Shown: one piece after another, positions 7,012-17,155 of the stretch
How the letters are laid out: every line of letters begins with the position of its first letter
Position numbering within the stretch: the stretch's first letter is position 1
From: a plasmid
DNA: 64,000 bases
Assembly: GCF_054482525.1 (NCBI RefSeq)
Contig: NZ_JBTHVG010000004.1
Direction: 5' to 3' (one strand)
Notes under the pieces: generated by a model
What the model saw: only the letters and a program-made list of their open reading frames with translations
What the model was told of the DNA's origin: nothing
Database searches by the model: none
Translations under genes and position numbers: made by a program

Positions 7012-7860
7012 ATGAATCAGACTTTACCCACTGCTGACCTGAATACTGCCGGCACGACAGATGTTATTCCGTCTGTGGCTATCGACCGCATCATCGCGCA
7101 GCGTAACGAAGGTATTGCACTATTCATGCAGGCGATGGAATGCCTGGCGACAGCGCGCAGGATTCTGCTCGATGCGTCAGGTGATATTTTTCTTTACGGG
7201 TTTGAAGACTGCGTGACTGATTCCGTTCGTCGCATGGATAAGCCGGAAGAAGCGAAAAGGAATATCACCCGTCTTGCCGACCGGAAAATCTGGGACCGCC
7301 TGATGACAGATACGGGCATGTACACCTTCATGAGTTCATGCCAGCGTGATGAGTGGAACAGCCAGCTGATGAGCGACACCTGTCCTGAAATCACCCTGGA
7401 CAATGTACTGGCAACATTCCGCCATCTTAATACCAGCAAGATGCAGACGTTTGAACAGGGACTGATTGATGTCTACCGGAAATTGTCATGGGATTACAGA
7501 ACCAATAATCCCTGCCGTCTGGGCAAGAAAATCATTATTGAAAACATGCTGTACCGCTGGAGTAACGGGCGTGTGACGCTGGACTGCAGCGGACGGGAGG
7601 CACTGGATGACCTGGTACGTCCTTTTTATCTGCTGGAGGGGCGAAACGTTCCTGACTTCCGGAGCAGCATCGGGGCGCAGTATGGTGAATTTCTCGGGAA
7701 CGGCGACAACGTCGGTAAGCTGTTAGAAGGGGAATATTTTACGGTGCGTGGCTACCAGAAAGGGACCGTACACATTGTCTTTAAGCGTCCTGACCTTGTT
7801 GAAAAACTGAATGATATTATTGCACGGCATTATCCTGGTGCATTGCCGCCACGAGTCTGA
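7012..7860 (+). CDS. DUF4942-like leading-region protein (282 aa)
   Basis: ATG at 7012 with GAGGAG 8 nt upstream. The family call comes from recollection of DUF4942 proteins in leading regions and CP4-type islands, so it is moderately certain. Confidence 0.6.
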   Translation: MNQTLPTADLNTAGTTDVIPSVAIDRIIAQRNEGIALFMQAMECLATARRILLDASGDIFLYGFEDCVTDSVRRMDKPEEAKRNITRLADRKIWDRLMTDTGMYTFMSSCQRDEWNSQLMSDTCPEITLDNVLATFRHLNTSKMQTFEQGLIDVYRKLSWDYRTNNPCRLGKKIIIENMLYRWSNGRVTLDCSGREALDDLVRPFYLLEGRNVPDFRSSIGAQYGEFLGNGDNVGKLLEGEYFTVRGYQKGTVHIVFKRPDLVEKLNDIIARHYPGALPPRV

Positions 7861-7870
7861 TTAAACAGAA

Positions 7871-7902
7871 AAGCCCTGGTATTTATGCCGGGGCTTTTTT
7901 TT
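7871..7902. terminator. Terminator between convergent genes
   Basis: agccctgg...ccggggct stem followed by a T8 run. Confidence 0.65.
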
Positions 7903-7945
7903 CTGTAATCATCATAATCTCAGAACACGATGTGACATTGTCACA

Positions 7946-8281
7946 TCAATTGTTGTTCATATCGATGCCATCTTTCCTGCCTGAATCTGTCTTTTTAGGT
8001 GCTGTTTTAGAGGAAGAACGGCGGGATGGTTTTTTCGATTCTGCTTCCCGAATAATGTCACGAAGTGCCTTCTCTCCTACTTCATACCCTGCATTTTTAA
8101 GCGTGTCACGAACATCTGCCAGTGTATAACCCTTTGTCCTTACCAGGACAATGATGTCATCACGAATGGCATCAAGAAAATCACGCAATGTTTTCCGTTG
8201 AGCGGTGAGGTCCGGCAATTCCGATAAGGCAGCTTTTGCCAGCTGGATGTCATCATCTGAGTAAAATTTTTTAGAAGCCAT
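7946..8281 (-). CDS. oriT-adjacent hypothetical protein (111 aa)
   Basis: ATG at 8281 with GGAGAG upstream. The C-terminus is Lys/Ser-rich. Function unknown. Confidence 0.6.
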   Translation of the reverse strand: MASKKFYSDDDIQLAKAALSELPDLTAQRKTLRDFLDAIRDDIIVLVRTKGYTLADVRDTLKNAGYEVGEKALRDIIREAESKKPSRRSSSKTAPKKTDSGRKDGIDMNNN

Positions 8282-8412
8282 TGGCACTTTCTCTCCGTTT
8301 CATGTTGAAGTCTGATTTTATCATCAAAAACTGACTCCTGGCAGGGCTGCGCCCTGCTTCTGCCGTCTGCATAAGACTATGATGCACAAAAATAACAGGC
8401 TATAATGGCCTG

Positions 8413-8470
8413 AAAAACGGGACAGGATGTGCAATTGTAATACCGTCACACGCGACGCTATTACAATTGC
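8413..8470 (-). other. oriT: oriT core: nick region plus 17-bp inverted repeat
   Basis: The minus strand reads gcaattgtaatagcgtc...gacggtattacaattgc (17-bp inverted repeat with one mismatch, 8431-8470), followed 8 nt later by ATCCTG/T. This matches the RP4/R64 nick consensus as I recall it. Predicted nick between 8423 and 8422. Confidence 0.8.
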
Positions 8471-8514
8471 CATCTGGTCAGGGCTTCGCCCCGACACCCC
8501 GTAAGGAGCCTGAA

Positions 8515-8847
8515 GTGAGTGATAGTGCGGTAAGAAAGAAAAGTGAGGTACGGCAAAAGACAGTTGTCAGGACACTCAGATTCTCTCCTGTTGAGGATGA
8601 AACCATCAGGAAAAAAGCTGAAGATTCCGGACTTACTGTATCTGCTTACATCCGAAATGCAGCACTGAATAAGCGAATTAACTCCCGTACAGATGATGCT
8701 TTTCTGAAGGAGTTAATGAGACTGGGAAGGATGCAGAAGCATCTGTTTGTTCAGGGAAAAAGAACCGGTGACAAGGAATACGCAGAAGTGCTTGTTGCCA
8801 TAACCGAACTTACAAATACATTGCGTAAACAGTTAATGGAAGGTTGA
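8515..8847 (+). CDS. nikA: Relaxosome accessory protein NikA (110 aa, ribbon-helix-helix)
   Basis: A GTG at 8515 gives 110 aa (MSDSAVRKKSEVRQKTVVRTLRFSPVEDETIRKKAE...), recognised as R64 NikA. The track start at 8467 would overlap oriT. Confidence 0.85.
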   Translation: MSDSAVRKKSEVRQKTVVRTLRFSPVEDETIRKKAEDSGLTVSAYIRNAALNKRINSRTDDAFLKELMRLGRMQKHLFVQGKRTGDKEYAEVLVAITELTNTLRKQLMEG

Positions 8848-8857
8848 GGATTCTCCG

Positions 8858-11560
8858 GTGAATGCAGTCATTCCGAAAAAGAGAAGGGACGGCAAGTCTT
8901 CGTTCGAAGACCTGGTATCCTACGTCTCTGTCCGGGATGACATGACCGATGAGGAACTGGATTTATCTTCTTCTTCGCAGGCTGAACAACCGCACCGAAG
9001 CCGTTTCAGTCGCCTTGTTGATTATGCGACACGTCTTCGAAATGAGTCATTCGTGGCGCTGGTTGATGTCATGAAGGACGGCTGCGAATGGGTCAACTTT
9101 TATGGTGTCACCTGCTTTCATAACTGTACTTCTCTTGAAACTGCCGCTGCAGATATGGAGTACATTGCCCGGCAGGCACACTATGCAAAAGATGACACTG
9201 ATCCTGTTTTTCACTACATCCTTTCCTGGCAGTCACATGAAAGCCCGCGTCCGGAACAGATTTATGACAGTGTACGTCATACGCTGAAATCACTCGGCCT
9301 TGCCGACCATCAGTATGTCTCTGCCGTGCATACTGATACAGATAATCTGCACGTCCATGTGGCTGTTAACCGGGTACACCCTGAAACGGGTTATCTGAAC
9401 CGGTTATCATGGAGTCAGGAAAAACTCAGTCGTGCCTGCCGTGAGCTTGAACTGAAGCATGGTTTTGCTCCGGATAACGGTTGCTGGGTCCATGCGCCGG
9501 GAAATCGTATCGTTCGCAAAACTGCCGTTGAACGTGATCGCCAGAACGCTTGGACACGCGGAAAAAAACAAACTTTTCGCGAGTATGTTGCGCAGACAGC
9601 GGTCGCTGGTTTACGCAGTGAACCTGTACATGACTGGTTATCCCTGCATCGTCGTCTTGCTGAAGATGGTTTGTACCTGTCTCAGATGGACGGAAAATTT
9701 CTGGTGATGGATGGCTGGGATCGCAACAGGGAAGGTGTACAGCTTGACTCGTTTGGTCCCTCCTGGTGTGCAGAAAAACTCATGAAAAAAATGGGTGACT
9801 ACACGCCAGTGCCAAAAGACATTTTCAGCCAGGTGGAAGCACCAGGACGCTATAATCCGGACTTCATTGCAGCTGATGTTCGCCCGGAAAAAATCGCTGA
9901 AACAGAAAGTCTGCAGCAGTATGCCTGTCGTCATCTTGGAGAACGTCTGCCGGAAATGGCACGGGAAGGACGGCTGGAAAACTGCCAGGCTATTCACCGC
10001 ACACTGGCTGAAGCGGGATTATGGATGCGTGTTCAGCATGGTCACCTGGTTATCTGTGACGGTTATGATCATAACCAGACTCCCGTTCGTGCTGACAGCG
10101 TATGGTCACTGCTGACGCTCGACAATGTGAATCAACTCGATGGTGGCTGGCAGCCTGTACCAACAGATATTTTCCGCCAGGTTACGCCAACAGAACGCTT
10201 CCGTGGTCGTCGTATGGAGAGCTGTCCTGCGACCGATAAAGAATGGCACCGTATGCGTACAGGTACGGGGCCGCAGGGGGCTATCAAACGCGAACTGTTT
10301 TCTGACAAAGAAAGTCTGTGGGGATACAGCATCAGCCATTGTAGCCCTCAGATTGAAGAAATGATCACACAGGGTGAGTTTACCTGGCAGCGTTGTCATG
10401 AGTTGTTTGCACAACAGGGACTGATGCTACAGAAACAACATCACGGGCTTGTTGTCGTTGATGCCTTTAATCATGAGCAAACGCCGGTGAAGGCCAGCAG
10501 CATTCATCCTGATCTGACTCTGGGGCGTGCAGAGCCACAGGCCGGACCTTTTGTGAGTGCCCCAGCAGATTTGTTTGACAGGGTGCAACCTGAAAGTCGC
10601 TATAACCCGGAGCTGGCTGTCAGTGACAGGTACGGGGTCAGCAGTAAACGTGACCCAATGCTGCGCCGGCAGCGACGTGAAGCCAGAGCTGAGGCCCGTG
10701 CTGACCTGCGTGCCCGCTATCTGGCATGGCGTGAACAATGGCGTAAACCAGATCTGCGTTATGGGGAACGTTGTCGGGAAATTCATCAGGCATGCCGTCT
10801 GCGGAAGTCACACATTCGTGCGCAGTACGATGATCCGGCATTACGTAAGCTGCATTATCACATTGCAGAAGTTCAGCGAATGCAGGCATTGATCAGGCTG
10901 AAAGAAGACATCAGGGATGAGCGGCAGAAACTTATTGCTGACGGGAAGTGGTATCCACCCTCTTACCGTCAGTGGGTCGAAATTCAGGCTGCTCAGGGAG
11001 ACAGGGCTGCTGTATCGCAGCTGAGAGGCTGGGATTATCGCGATCGCCGTAAAGATAAGTCACGCACAACGACAACAGACCGCTGTGTCGTGCTTTGTGA
11101 ACCGGGCGGAACGCCGGTATACGGTAATACCGGTGATCTCGAGGCCCGTTTGCAGAAGAACGGGAGTGTTCGTTTCCGTGACCGTCGGACGGGAGAGTTT
11201 GTCTGTACGGATTATGGTGACAGGGTTGTTTTCCGTAATCACCATGACCGCAATGCGCTGGCAGATAAACTGGATTTGATTGCACCGGTATTATTCGGGC
11301 GTGATCCACGCATGGGTTTTGAACCAGAAGGAAACGACAAACAATTTAACCAGGTCTTTGCTGAAATGGTTGCCTGGCATAATGTGACAGGCCGTACCGG
11401 TCACGAAGACTACAGGATTACGCGACCGGACGTGGATCATCACCGTGAAGGAAGTGAACGCTACTACCGCGATTATATCGCGGCGAACAGCAACGATGAC
11501 GCATCACTGCCTCCGCCGGAGCAGGATAAACTCTGGGAACCGCCTTCTCCGATGAGATGA
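8858..11560 (+). CDS. nikB: Relaxase NikB
   Basis: About 900 aa. It has the histidine-triad relaxase motif HTDTDNLHVHVAVN. Its position after nikA and its length match R64 NikB. Confidence 0.9.
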   Translation: MNAVIPKKRRDGKSSFEDLVSYVSVRDDMTDEELDLSSSSQAEQPHRSRFSRLVDYATRLRNESFVALVDVMKDGCEWVNFYGVTCFHNCTSLETAAADMEYIARQAHYAKDDTDPVFHYILSWQSHESPRPEQIYDSVRHTLKSLGLADHQYVSAVHTDTDNLHVHVAVNRVHPETGYLNRLSWSQEKLSRACRELELKHGFAPDNGCWVHAPGNRIVRKTAVERDRQNAWTRGKKQTFREYVAQTAVAGLRSEPVHDWLSLHRRLAEDGLYLSQMDGKFLVMDGWDRNREGVQLDSFGPSWCAEKLMKKMGDYTPVPKDIFSQVEAPGRYNPDFIAADVRPEKIAETESLQQYACRHLGERLPEMAREGRLENCQAIHRTLAEAGLWMRVQHGHLVICDGYDHNQTPVRADSVWSLLTLDNVNQLDGGWQPVPTDIFRQVTPTERFRGRRMESCPATDKEWHRMRTGTGPQGAIKRELFSDKESLWGYSISHCSPQIEEMITQGEFTWQRCHELFAQQGLMLQKQHHGLVVVDAFNHEQTPVKASSIHPDLTLGRAEPQAGPFVSAPADLFDRVQPESRYNPELAVSDRYGVSSKRDPMLRRQRREARAEARADLRARYLAWREQWRKPDLRYGERCREIHQACRLRKSHIRAQYDDPALRKLHYHIAEVQRMQALIRLKEDIRDERQKLIADGKWYPPSYRQWVEIQAAQGDRAAVSQLRGWDYRDRRKDKSRTTTTDRCVVLCEPGGTPVYGNTGDLEARLQKNGSVRFRDRRTGEFVCTDYGDRVVFRNHHDRNALADKLDLIAPVLFGRDPRMGFEPEGNDKQFNQVFAEMVAWHNVTGRTGHEDYRITRPDVDHHREGSERYYRDYIAANSNDDASLPPPEQDKLWEPPSPMR

Positions 11561-11682
11561 CAGATGAAGCTTTATTAGTTTCGTTATAGAATGAAAAAAT
11601 CACCAATATTAAATATGGGTGTGGTGGTAAAAATAAATATGTTAGGCAATGTTAAGTAACTCTATTGACGGAATCATGTTTT

Positions 11683-12501
11683 ATGAGCACTAATCTTGCT
11701 TTTCGTTATGCAAGTGTTGAAACTTTTTTTAAAATGATTGAAAACCAAGAATTATGGTTTACCGATCTTCGGAATATGAATGATCCGGAAGAATACTCGG
11801 CTGGCTATGAAATAGTCAAGAGAATAATAAATGAGGAATTTCCAGATTGCATTAGACTATTAGAAGAAGTATCACCTAATAAGATAGACGAAAATTTTAA
11901 GATATTAATTTGTTGTTTCTGTTCTGATGGAGATCGTTCCAACATGTGGAGCGAGTATGGTGATAATGGCAAAGGCGTTGCTATTGGTTATGATAAGAAT
12001 ATTATAACCCAAAATCATATTTTGGCTCGGTTTGAAGAACATTTTCAACCTATTAGTGGTAGAGTTGTCTTTCATCCTGTTATCTATTCAGAAGAACTGT
12101 TTCGAGAATATGTAAGAAACGCATTGCATGATTATATTAATCGCTCAAGTTTAAATATTAAATATGCACGTGGCATACTTCATGCACATCTTATCAGACT
12201 ATGTTCATTATATAAGAGAGAGAGTTTTGAATGTGAAAATGAGGTCCGAGGACTTATTGAAGTAGATGAACGTACATTCCCACCATACAAACTTGAAAAA
12301 CGTAGTACTGATTACGGAATTGCGTATTATACTAAGGTGAAATTTACCTGTAACAATATTACGGCAATTAGAGAGATTGTGTTGGGGCCTTTATTTGAAC
12401 AATCTGATGAACAGCTTCGGTCAAAATTAGATGATCTAGGGTTAAAGAATATAAAAATTAGACGTTCCATATGTACCTACAATGATGTGGTTAATCTGTA
12501 A
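11683..12501 (+). CDS. DUF2971-family protein (272 aa), AT-rich cargo gene
   Basis: N-terminal hallmark FRYASVETFFKMIENQELWFTDLRNMNDPEE. It is visibly AT-rich relative to nikB and trbC, and is followed by its own terminator. Confidence 0.7.
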   Translation: MSTNLAFRYASVETFFKMIENQELWFTDLRNMNDPEEYSAGYEIVKRIINEEFPDCIRLLEEVSPNKIDENFKILICCFCSDGDRSNMWSEYGDNGKGVAIGYDKNIITQNHILARFEEHFQPISGRVVFHPVIYSEELFREYVRNALHDYINRSSLNIKYARGILHAHLIRLCSLYKRESFECENEVRGLIEVDERTFPPYKLEKRSTDYGIAYYTKVKFTCNNITAIREIVLGPLFEQSDEQLRSKLDDLGLKNIKIRRSICTYNDVVNL

Positions 12502-12505
12502 TCTG

Positions 12506-12533
12506 AATGCTGGTATCTAGTACCAGCATTTTT
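12506..12533 (+). terminator. Rho-independent terminator
   Basis: aatgctggta...taccagcatt stem followed by ttttt. Confidence 0.75.
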
Positions 12534-12573
12534 AAATAGGTTTTTTGCGGGAAGACCAAAGTATGGTCACAGT

Positions 12574-14865
12574 TCAGTACATTCCGTCCCAGTCCGGACG
12601 GTTGTTTTTTTTATGATGAAACCCGTTTACAGGACGCCCTGTCGGGTGGTTATTGTCCTGTGGAAGCGTTAACAGGTTTATACCGGCTCTTTCTGCTCTC
12701 ACTGATATCTGATTTTCCTCATTTGTTTCAGGTAGTTCTGGTCTGTTCAGTGTGATATAGCGAATTCGTCGCTCTTCCCGGGTGGTCGTTTTAAGCGTAT
12801 TCACCGCTGTTTCCCATAAGGCACTTTCACGTGCGTTGATATCCGTGTCGTACTCTTCCAGCATTGCCATAGCCGCCTGACGTCCTGCAATGCGTTGCTG
12901 GAATGTATCCACGATCGTGTGCGGCTCTGTGCGAATTTTTCGTCTTTTTCTGGAGGGTTTTGCAGTCAGGACGCCAATGATGGCACTGACATTTTCCGGT
13001 GACGGTATTCGACGTTGAGTAGTACGGGGAACAAGACGGCGGAGACGGTCCAGGCGTGGCGCATCCACGCTGATATACCTGTTTATAACAACGGGATCGC
13101 TGCTGCAGCTTTTCTCATCGTCAGGGATGAAGAATGATGCTGATGGTACGGTTTCTCCCCGGAAAATAGAAAAGAACTCGCCAGGATGAAGTTCAATCAA
13201 CTCCTGAACATTTATCTTGCTTTCCATCAGGATGCTGATTTGTGGGCTGTCAATCCATGATTCACCAAATATGCCGTCCTGACGCTGCAGGTTGTTCATC
13301 CTCGCCCTGGCTTCTTCACCGGCGGCGCTTTTCAGCGTTCTGGCCGTACTACCCTCGCTGACAATCCTGCCGGCAAATTTTGTCCCCGTGTTCTGCATCA
13401 GTGTTGCAGTATTCGTGGCTGTTGTCTGTCCTTCTATACGTTCCTGGTCCTGTGCCATCAAAATCAGAGCAAAATCCAGTGAACGCACCTGAGTGGCTTC
13501 CACAGCAATACGGTCCGTATAGTATGCCCCCACTTCATCAAGGAAACACAGATAAGGGAAACGCCCCTTATATTTTTTGACTTCCAGTGCATCGGAATCA
13601 GTTCCTTCGAGGCGGTAGCCCAAATCACGGGCGAGAATCATACTTTTCTGGGTGATAAACATTCGTCCAAGAGCAGACGTTGTATGCGCTGATGTATCCA
13701 GAGCGGGGATCATTACCATCAGAATCCTGTCGCTGTGAATGCTGTCACGGATATCGATATCACCGGAATCTTCAGCAAAAATATCCCCGAATGCTTCCGT
13801 GAATGTGCTGAAAGTTTCAGAAAACTGCCCGGAGAGATAAGCATGTTGTTTTCTGGGTTCTTCCGTCCAGGCTGATGGTGTCCTGACCAGCGACAGGTCG
13901 AAACCGGGAACGTCCTGAAGGTAGTTACGTAACGGTGCGATAGCTTCTTCCGGCCACTGATCATCGAGGCCACGACAGTAAAGTTTGGCCATCCCTTCGA
14001 GAGTCATATGTTCACGGAGCATCTGCAGCGACATTGTTTTGCCTTCGCGCACACACCAGAATTTAGTACCAAATACCAGTGCCTTATTCATGGCAATGGC
14101 CCGGGACTGCCACTCGCCCCCCTGGACGTTCTGGGGCAGCATTGACTGCATTGTCTCCGCTGTGAATGCCTCAGTGCTGTAACAGAAGGGATTCCAGGTA
14201 TTTGACTGAGGACGCGTTTTTTCACCACTCAGAATGATTTCACTGCGGGATTTTCCTCCGTTCATGAAGTTAATGACTTCCACATCGTCTTCACGTCCAA
14301 AGCGTCTGGCCAGATACCAGATCGTTCTTGCCGTATCATTCTGTGCCTTGCCATCGACAAGGGTGAATCCTCTTGCCCAGCAAAGTGGGTTAATCGCCCA
14401 GGCAAAGATGGTTTCCGTTTTACCGCCACCGGTGGTGGCGAAAAACATTATATGGCGGGTCAGATCGTCCATACTCAGCCATAACTCCCTGCCAATATCC
14501 CTGACGCGTTGATAACCAACATAGAATATGCCGCTGGCCGGTGATTCCAGAATGACCTCATACTGGAACAGGGTTGGCCAGAAGCTGAAAAGACTTCTTT
14601 TAATCATTCTGTCCTGTGACGGGTCAGCACATTCCAGCGTCATGGGCATACGAAGAGGGCAGCGCCATCGCTGCAGACTAAATACCAGCATTGTTATCAG
14701 TGTGAACAACAGACATGCCGGTAATGCAAGTGGCCAGATAAAACTGGCCACAAGACTTGCCACCAGGCAAAAGCCATAGATATTGAGACTCTGGAGTGCA
14801 TTCCAGACAGGATTTCCCCAGGCTGTACGGTGTAAAAGCTCGGGGTTAACGCGATGTTCACTCAT
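12574..14865 (-). CDS. trbC: TrbC, type IV coupling protein (DotL/IcmO-like)
   Basis: 763 aa, with N-terminal transmembrane segments and the Walker A motif TTGGGKTE. Order and length match R64 trbC. Confidence 0.85.
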   Translation of the reverse strand: MSEHRVNPELLHRTAWGNPVWNALQSLNIYGFCLVASLVASFIWPLALPACLLFTLITMLVFSLQRWRCPLRMPMTLECADPSQDRMIKRSLFSFWPTLFQYEVILESPASGIFYVGYQRVRDIGRELWLSMDDLTRHIMFFATTGGGKTETIFAWAINPLCWARGFTLVDGKAQNDTARTIWYLARRFGREDDVEVINFMNGGKSRSEIILSGEKTRPQSNTWNPFCYSTEAFTAETMQSMLPQNVQGGEWQSRAIAMNKALVFGTKFWCVREGKTMSLQMLREHMTLEGMAKLYCRGLDDQWPEEAIAPLRNYLQDVPGFDLSLVRTPSAWTEEPRKQHAYLSGQFSETFSTFTEAFGDIFAEDSGDIDIRDSIHSDRILMVMIPALDTSAHTTSALGRMFITQKSMILARDLGYRLEGTDSDALEVKKYKGRFPYLCFLDEVGAYYTDRIAVEATQVRSLDFALILMAQDQERIEGQTTATNTATLMQNTGTKFAGRIVSEGSTARTLKSAAGEEARARMNNLQRQDGIFGESWIDSPQISILMESKINVQELIELHPGEFFSIFRGETVPSASFFIPDDEKSCSSDPVVINRYISVDAPRLDRLRRLVPRTTQRRIPSPENVSAIIGVLTAKPSRKRRKIRTEPHTIVDTFQQRIAGRQAAMAMLEEYDTDINARESALWETAVNTLKTTTREERRIRYITLNRPELPETNEENQISVRAERAGINLLTLPQDNNHPTGRPVNGFHHKKNNRPDWDGMY

Positions 14866-15928
14866 GGCCAGACTCGCTGTCGGTGGTTTTCAGGAATAAA
14901 TTAAGCGTGCCAGTTTCCTGCAGAATTCCTGTAGGCAGATGCCAGCCGGTGTCGGACAGCACCCATGGGGTACCGGCAAATCCGAACTTACGGAAGGCGA
15001 CATTGTTAACATCAATCGCAGCTCTGGCTGCTTTCAGGCATGTTTCATCTGCAGGCGTTGTTTCTTCTGATGGCGTCATCATTCCGTTATCTGCGGAATA
15101 CAGTCGGTGCCAGCCGGCAGCACGTTTCTGAGCATCTTTTTCACACAGCAGTGGTGCCACACGGTCGGTGGATTCCTCTCCACCAATAACTGAAACCGGG
15201 TAGATAACGACATTGAAGTCGCTGGCCAGGCGTTTTAAGGCCGGCTCCAGAAGTCTGCAGTTAGGACAGGCAGGATCGAGAAATGCGAACAGGGTTCGTT
15301 CATGACCGGATGACAGGTTGATGGTAAACATGCCCCGATCGGCGTTCCGCTTCAGAACAGTAGCCAGATTATGTCGCGCAGCTGCGGCTTCCGGATTTTT
15401 GCTTGTGATTGTTTTCTCCGGGACCTGGACGTCTTTTTTCGGGGGAACCGGGAGTTGAATGCCTTCATTTAATGGCACAGTGTGATTCAGGTGAGGGGGT
15501 AGCAGTCGTGGCTCACCTGCTGTCTGTACTGCTTCAGGCGTTGTATCATCCCAGAATACACGATCAACATAGCGGAACAGAGAGAAGCCAATCGTTGCCA
15601 TTACGAACAGCACAACGCTGGCGATTATGCCACGGAACAAAGGTGTTCTGCTGAAGCGGCGTTCCATCAGATATTCAAGGCGCAGGCAGGAATCAATAGC
15701 TGTAAGTATCTGGTCAGCGTTATGCTCCTGTTTATCAATCAGGACGGTTTCTCTGTTACGGGTGCCCATGGCGTCAAAGGCTATATGAATCAGTTGATTA
15801 TTTCGTGTTACCAGCCCTGACAGGGCATCCCGTGGAAGGACAGCAATAATTTCTGTCCTGCCATCCGGCCAGATTGCCTGCACGGAAATATGTTTTGCAA
15901 TGCGTGTTGCAAAGTACTCGATTGTCAT
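14858..15928 (-). CDS. trbB: TrbB, periplasmic thioredoxin-fold (DsbC-like) protein
   Basis: 356 aa with a CPNC active-site motif (DPACPNCRLLEP). It overlaps the trbC start. Confidence 0.85.
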   Translation of the reverse strand: MTIEYFATRIAKHISVQAIWPDGRTEIIAVLPRDALSGLVTRNNQLIHIAFDAMGTRNRETVLIDKQEHNADQILTAIDSCLRLEYLMERRFSRTPLFRGIIASVVLFVMATIGFSLFRYVDRVFWDDTTPEAVQTAGEPRLLPPHLNHTVPLNEGIQLPVPPKKDVQVPEKTITSKNPEAAAARHNLATVLKRNADRGMFTINLSSGHERTLFAFLDPACPNCRLLEPALKRLASDFNVVIYPVSVIGGEESTDRVAPLLCEKDAQKRAAGWHRLYSADNGMMTPSEETTPADETCLKAARAAIDVNNVAFRKFGFAGTPWVLSDTGWHLPTGILQETGTLNLFLKTTDSESGHE

Positions 15929-15946
15929 TTTCAGTTCTCCGGATAA

Positions 15947-17155
15947 TCAGAATTCGTTGTCTGTAGCAGGTGTGCGGGGCAGGATGTCGTCGGTGAGGGA
16001 CCAGTTGGTCAGGATGCGGCGTTTCCGGTCGCGATCTGGTTGTGGTTCATCCCAGATAAGACCGAGACTGAGCATATCCCGCCGTAAGCCTTCCACCGCT
16101 TCATCAACACAGGGTTCAGGGCAGGGAAGACCAAAACGCATGGCTTCGGCCTCTGCACGTGCAACGGCCACCACGCCAGCGCCTTCAATAAATCCTTTCG
16201 TGGTATTGGCGCGGTGTAATGCATAAAACAGCGTTCTGTCCACGCCTTTCAGCCAAATCCAGTTGGGTGGCGTAAGCCGCAGGTCATGTGCATACAGCCA
16301 GACCAGCCCACTGCGGACGTAGCGATGTTGTTTCAGCCATTGCTGTGCTCCGTTGCTTTTAATCACTCTCTGGAAAGCTGATTTGGCCAGTGAATAAACA
16401 GGGGTACAGAATTTCCCGCTGTCCCGTTTGCTTTTAATTCTGCATGAGAGGTTCAGTGTATCCATGAGCTTTAATGCTGCCTTCCGATCATCCAGGAAAT
16501 ACTGAAGGCCAAATATGGCAAAGAGCGCTTTTTCATGTGGTGCCATGTCTTTCCAGGACGTTAAAGGTTTACCCAACTGGGCCATGAAACATCGTCTTGC
16601 AGCTGCAACATCGAGCTGCATATTGGTGATGAGAGTATGCTGTTCGACAAATGCTTCCGGGGTGAGAGCAACCCGCCGTTCAGGTCGTTTACCACCATGA
16701 AAGAGTTTTTTCGGATCACCATCTGCCAGTACAGGGGCGATAGCAGGGGATAACGAAGCAAAGATGTGTGGCAGTCGGGTAATATCTACTGGTCTGCGGG
16801 TGAAACGGCTTTGTCCCGGATGTTGATACCATTCCCACAAACACCAGAGTGTCACAGGTAAGAGGTACATCCACAGAATACCTATGGTCTGTTCCATGAC
16901 GTTAACCCACTGGCTATAGCTTATGTTGGCGGCGTTGTTACCGGTCATGGCAAGCAGGTTGTATCGTGGTGCTGCATAGTTATGAAATGGTCCCCAGTCG
17001 ACCAGTCCCCATAAGGTATGAAGAATCAGGCAGCTGGTGTAAACCACTTCCGGCAAGAATAACCATATGACGAATAGCAGCAGGATAAGAAGGACACCAA
17101 CAGCGCCCCATATCTGCATAGGATCTTCTGCGACAGGCTGTCGATTGTAAGACAT
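15947..17155 (-). CDS. trbA: TrbA (DotM/IcmP-like inner-membrane protein)
   Basis: 402 aa with N-terminal transmembrane helices. It is the first gene of the trbABC operon, as in R64. Confidence 0.85.
   Translation of the reverse strand: MSYNRQPVAEDPMQIWGAVGVLLILLLFVIWLFLPEVVYTSCLILHTLWGLVDWGPFHNYAAPRYNLLAMTGNNAANISYSQWVNVMEQTIGILWMYLLPVTLWCLWEWYQHPGQSRFTRRPVDITRLPHIFASLSPAIAPVLADGDPKKLFHGGKRPERRVALTPEAFVEQHTLITNMQLDVAAARRCFMAQLGKPLTSWKDMAPHEKALFAIFGLQYFLDDRKAALKLMDTLNLSCRIKSKRDSGKFCTPVYSLAKSAFQRVIKSNGAQQWLKQHRYVRSGLVWLYAHDLRLTPPNWIWLKGVDRTLFYALHRANTTKGFIEGAGVVAVARAEAEAMRFGLPCPEPCVDEAVEGLRRDMLSLGLIWDEPQPDRDRKRRILTNWSLTDDILPRTPATDNEF

Noticed and set aside
8467-8514. The 126-aa form of NikA starting at ATG 8467.
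   Set aside because: That start lies inside the right arm of the oriT inverted repeat. The GTG at 8515 gives the 110-aa NikA that I recall for R64.
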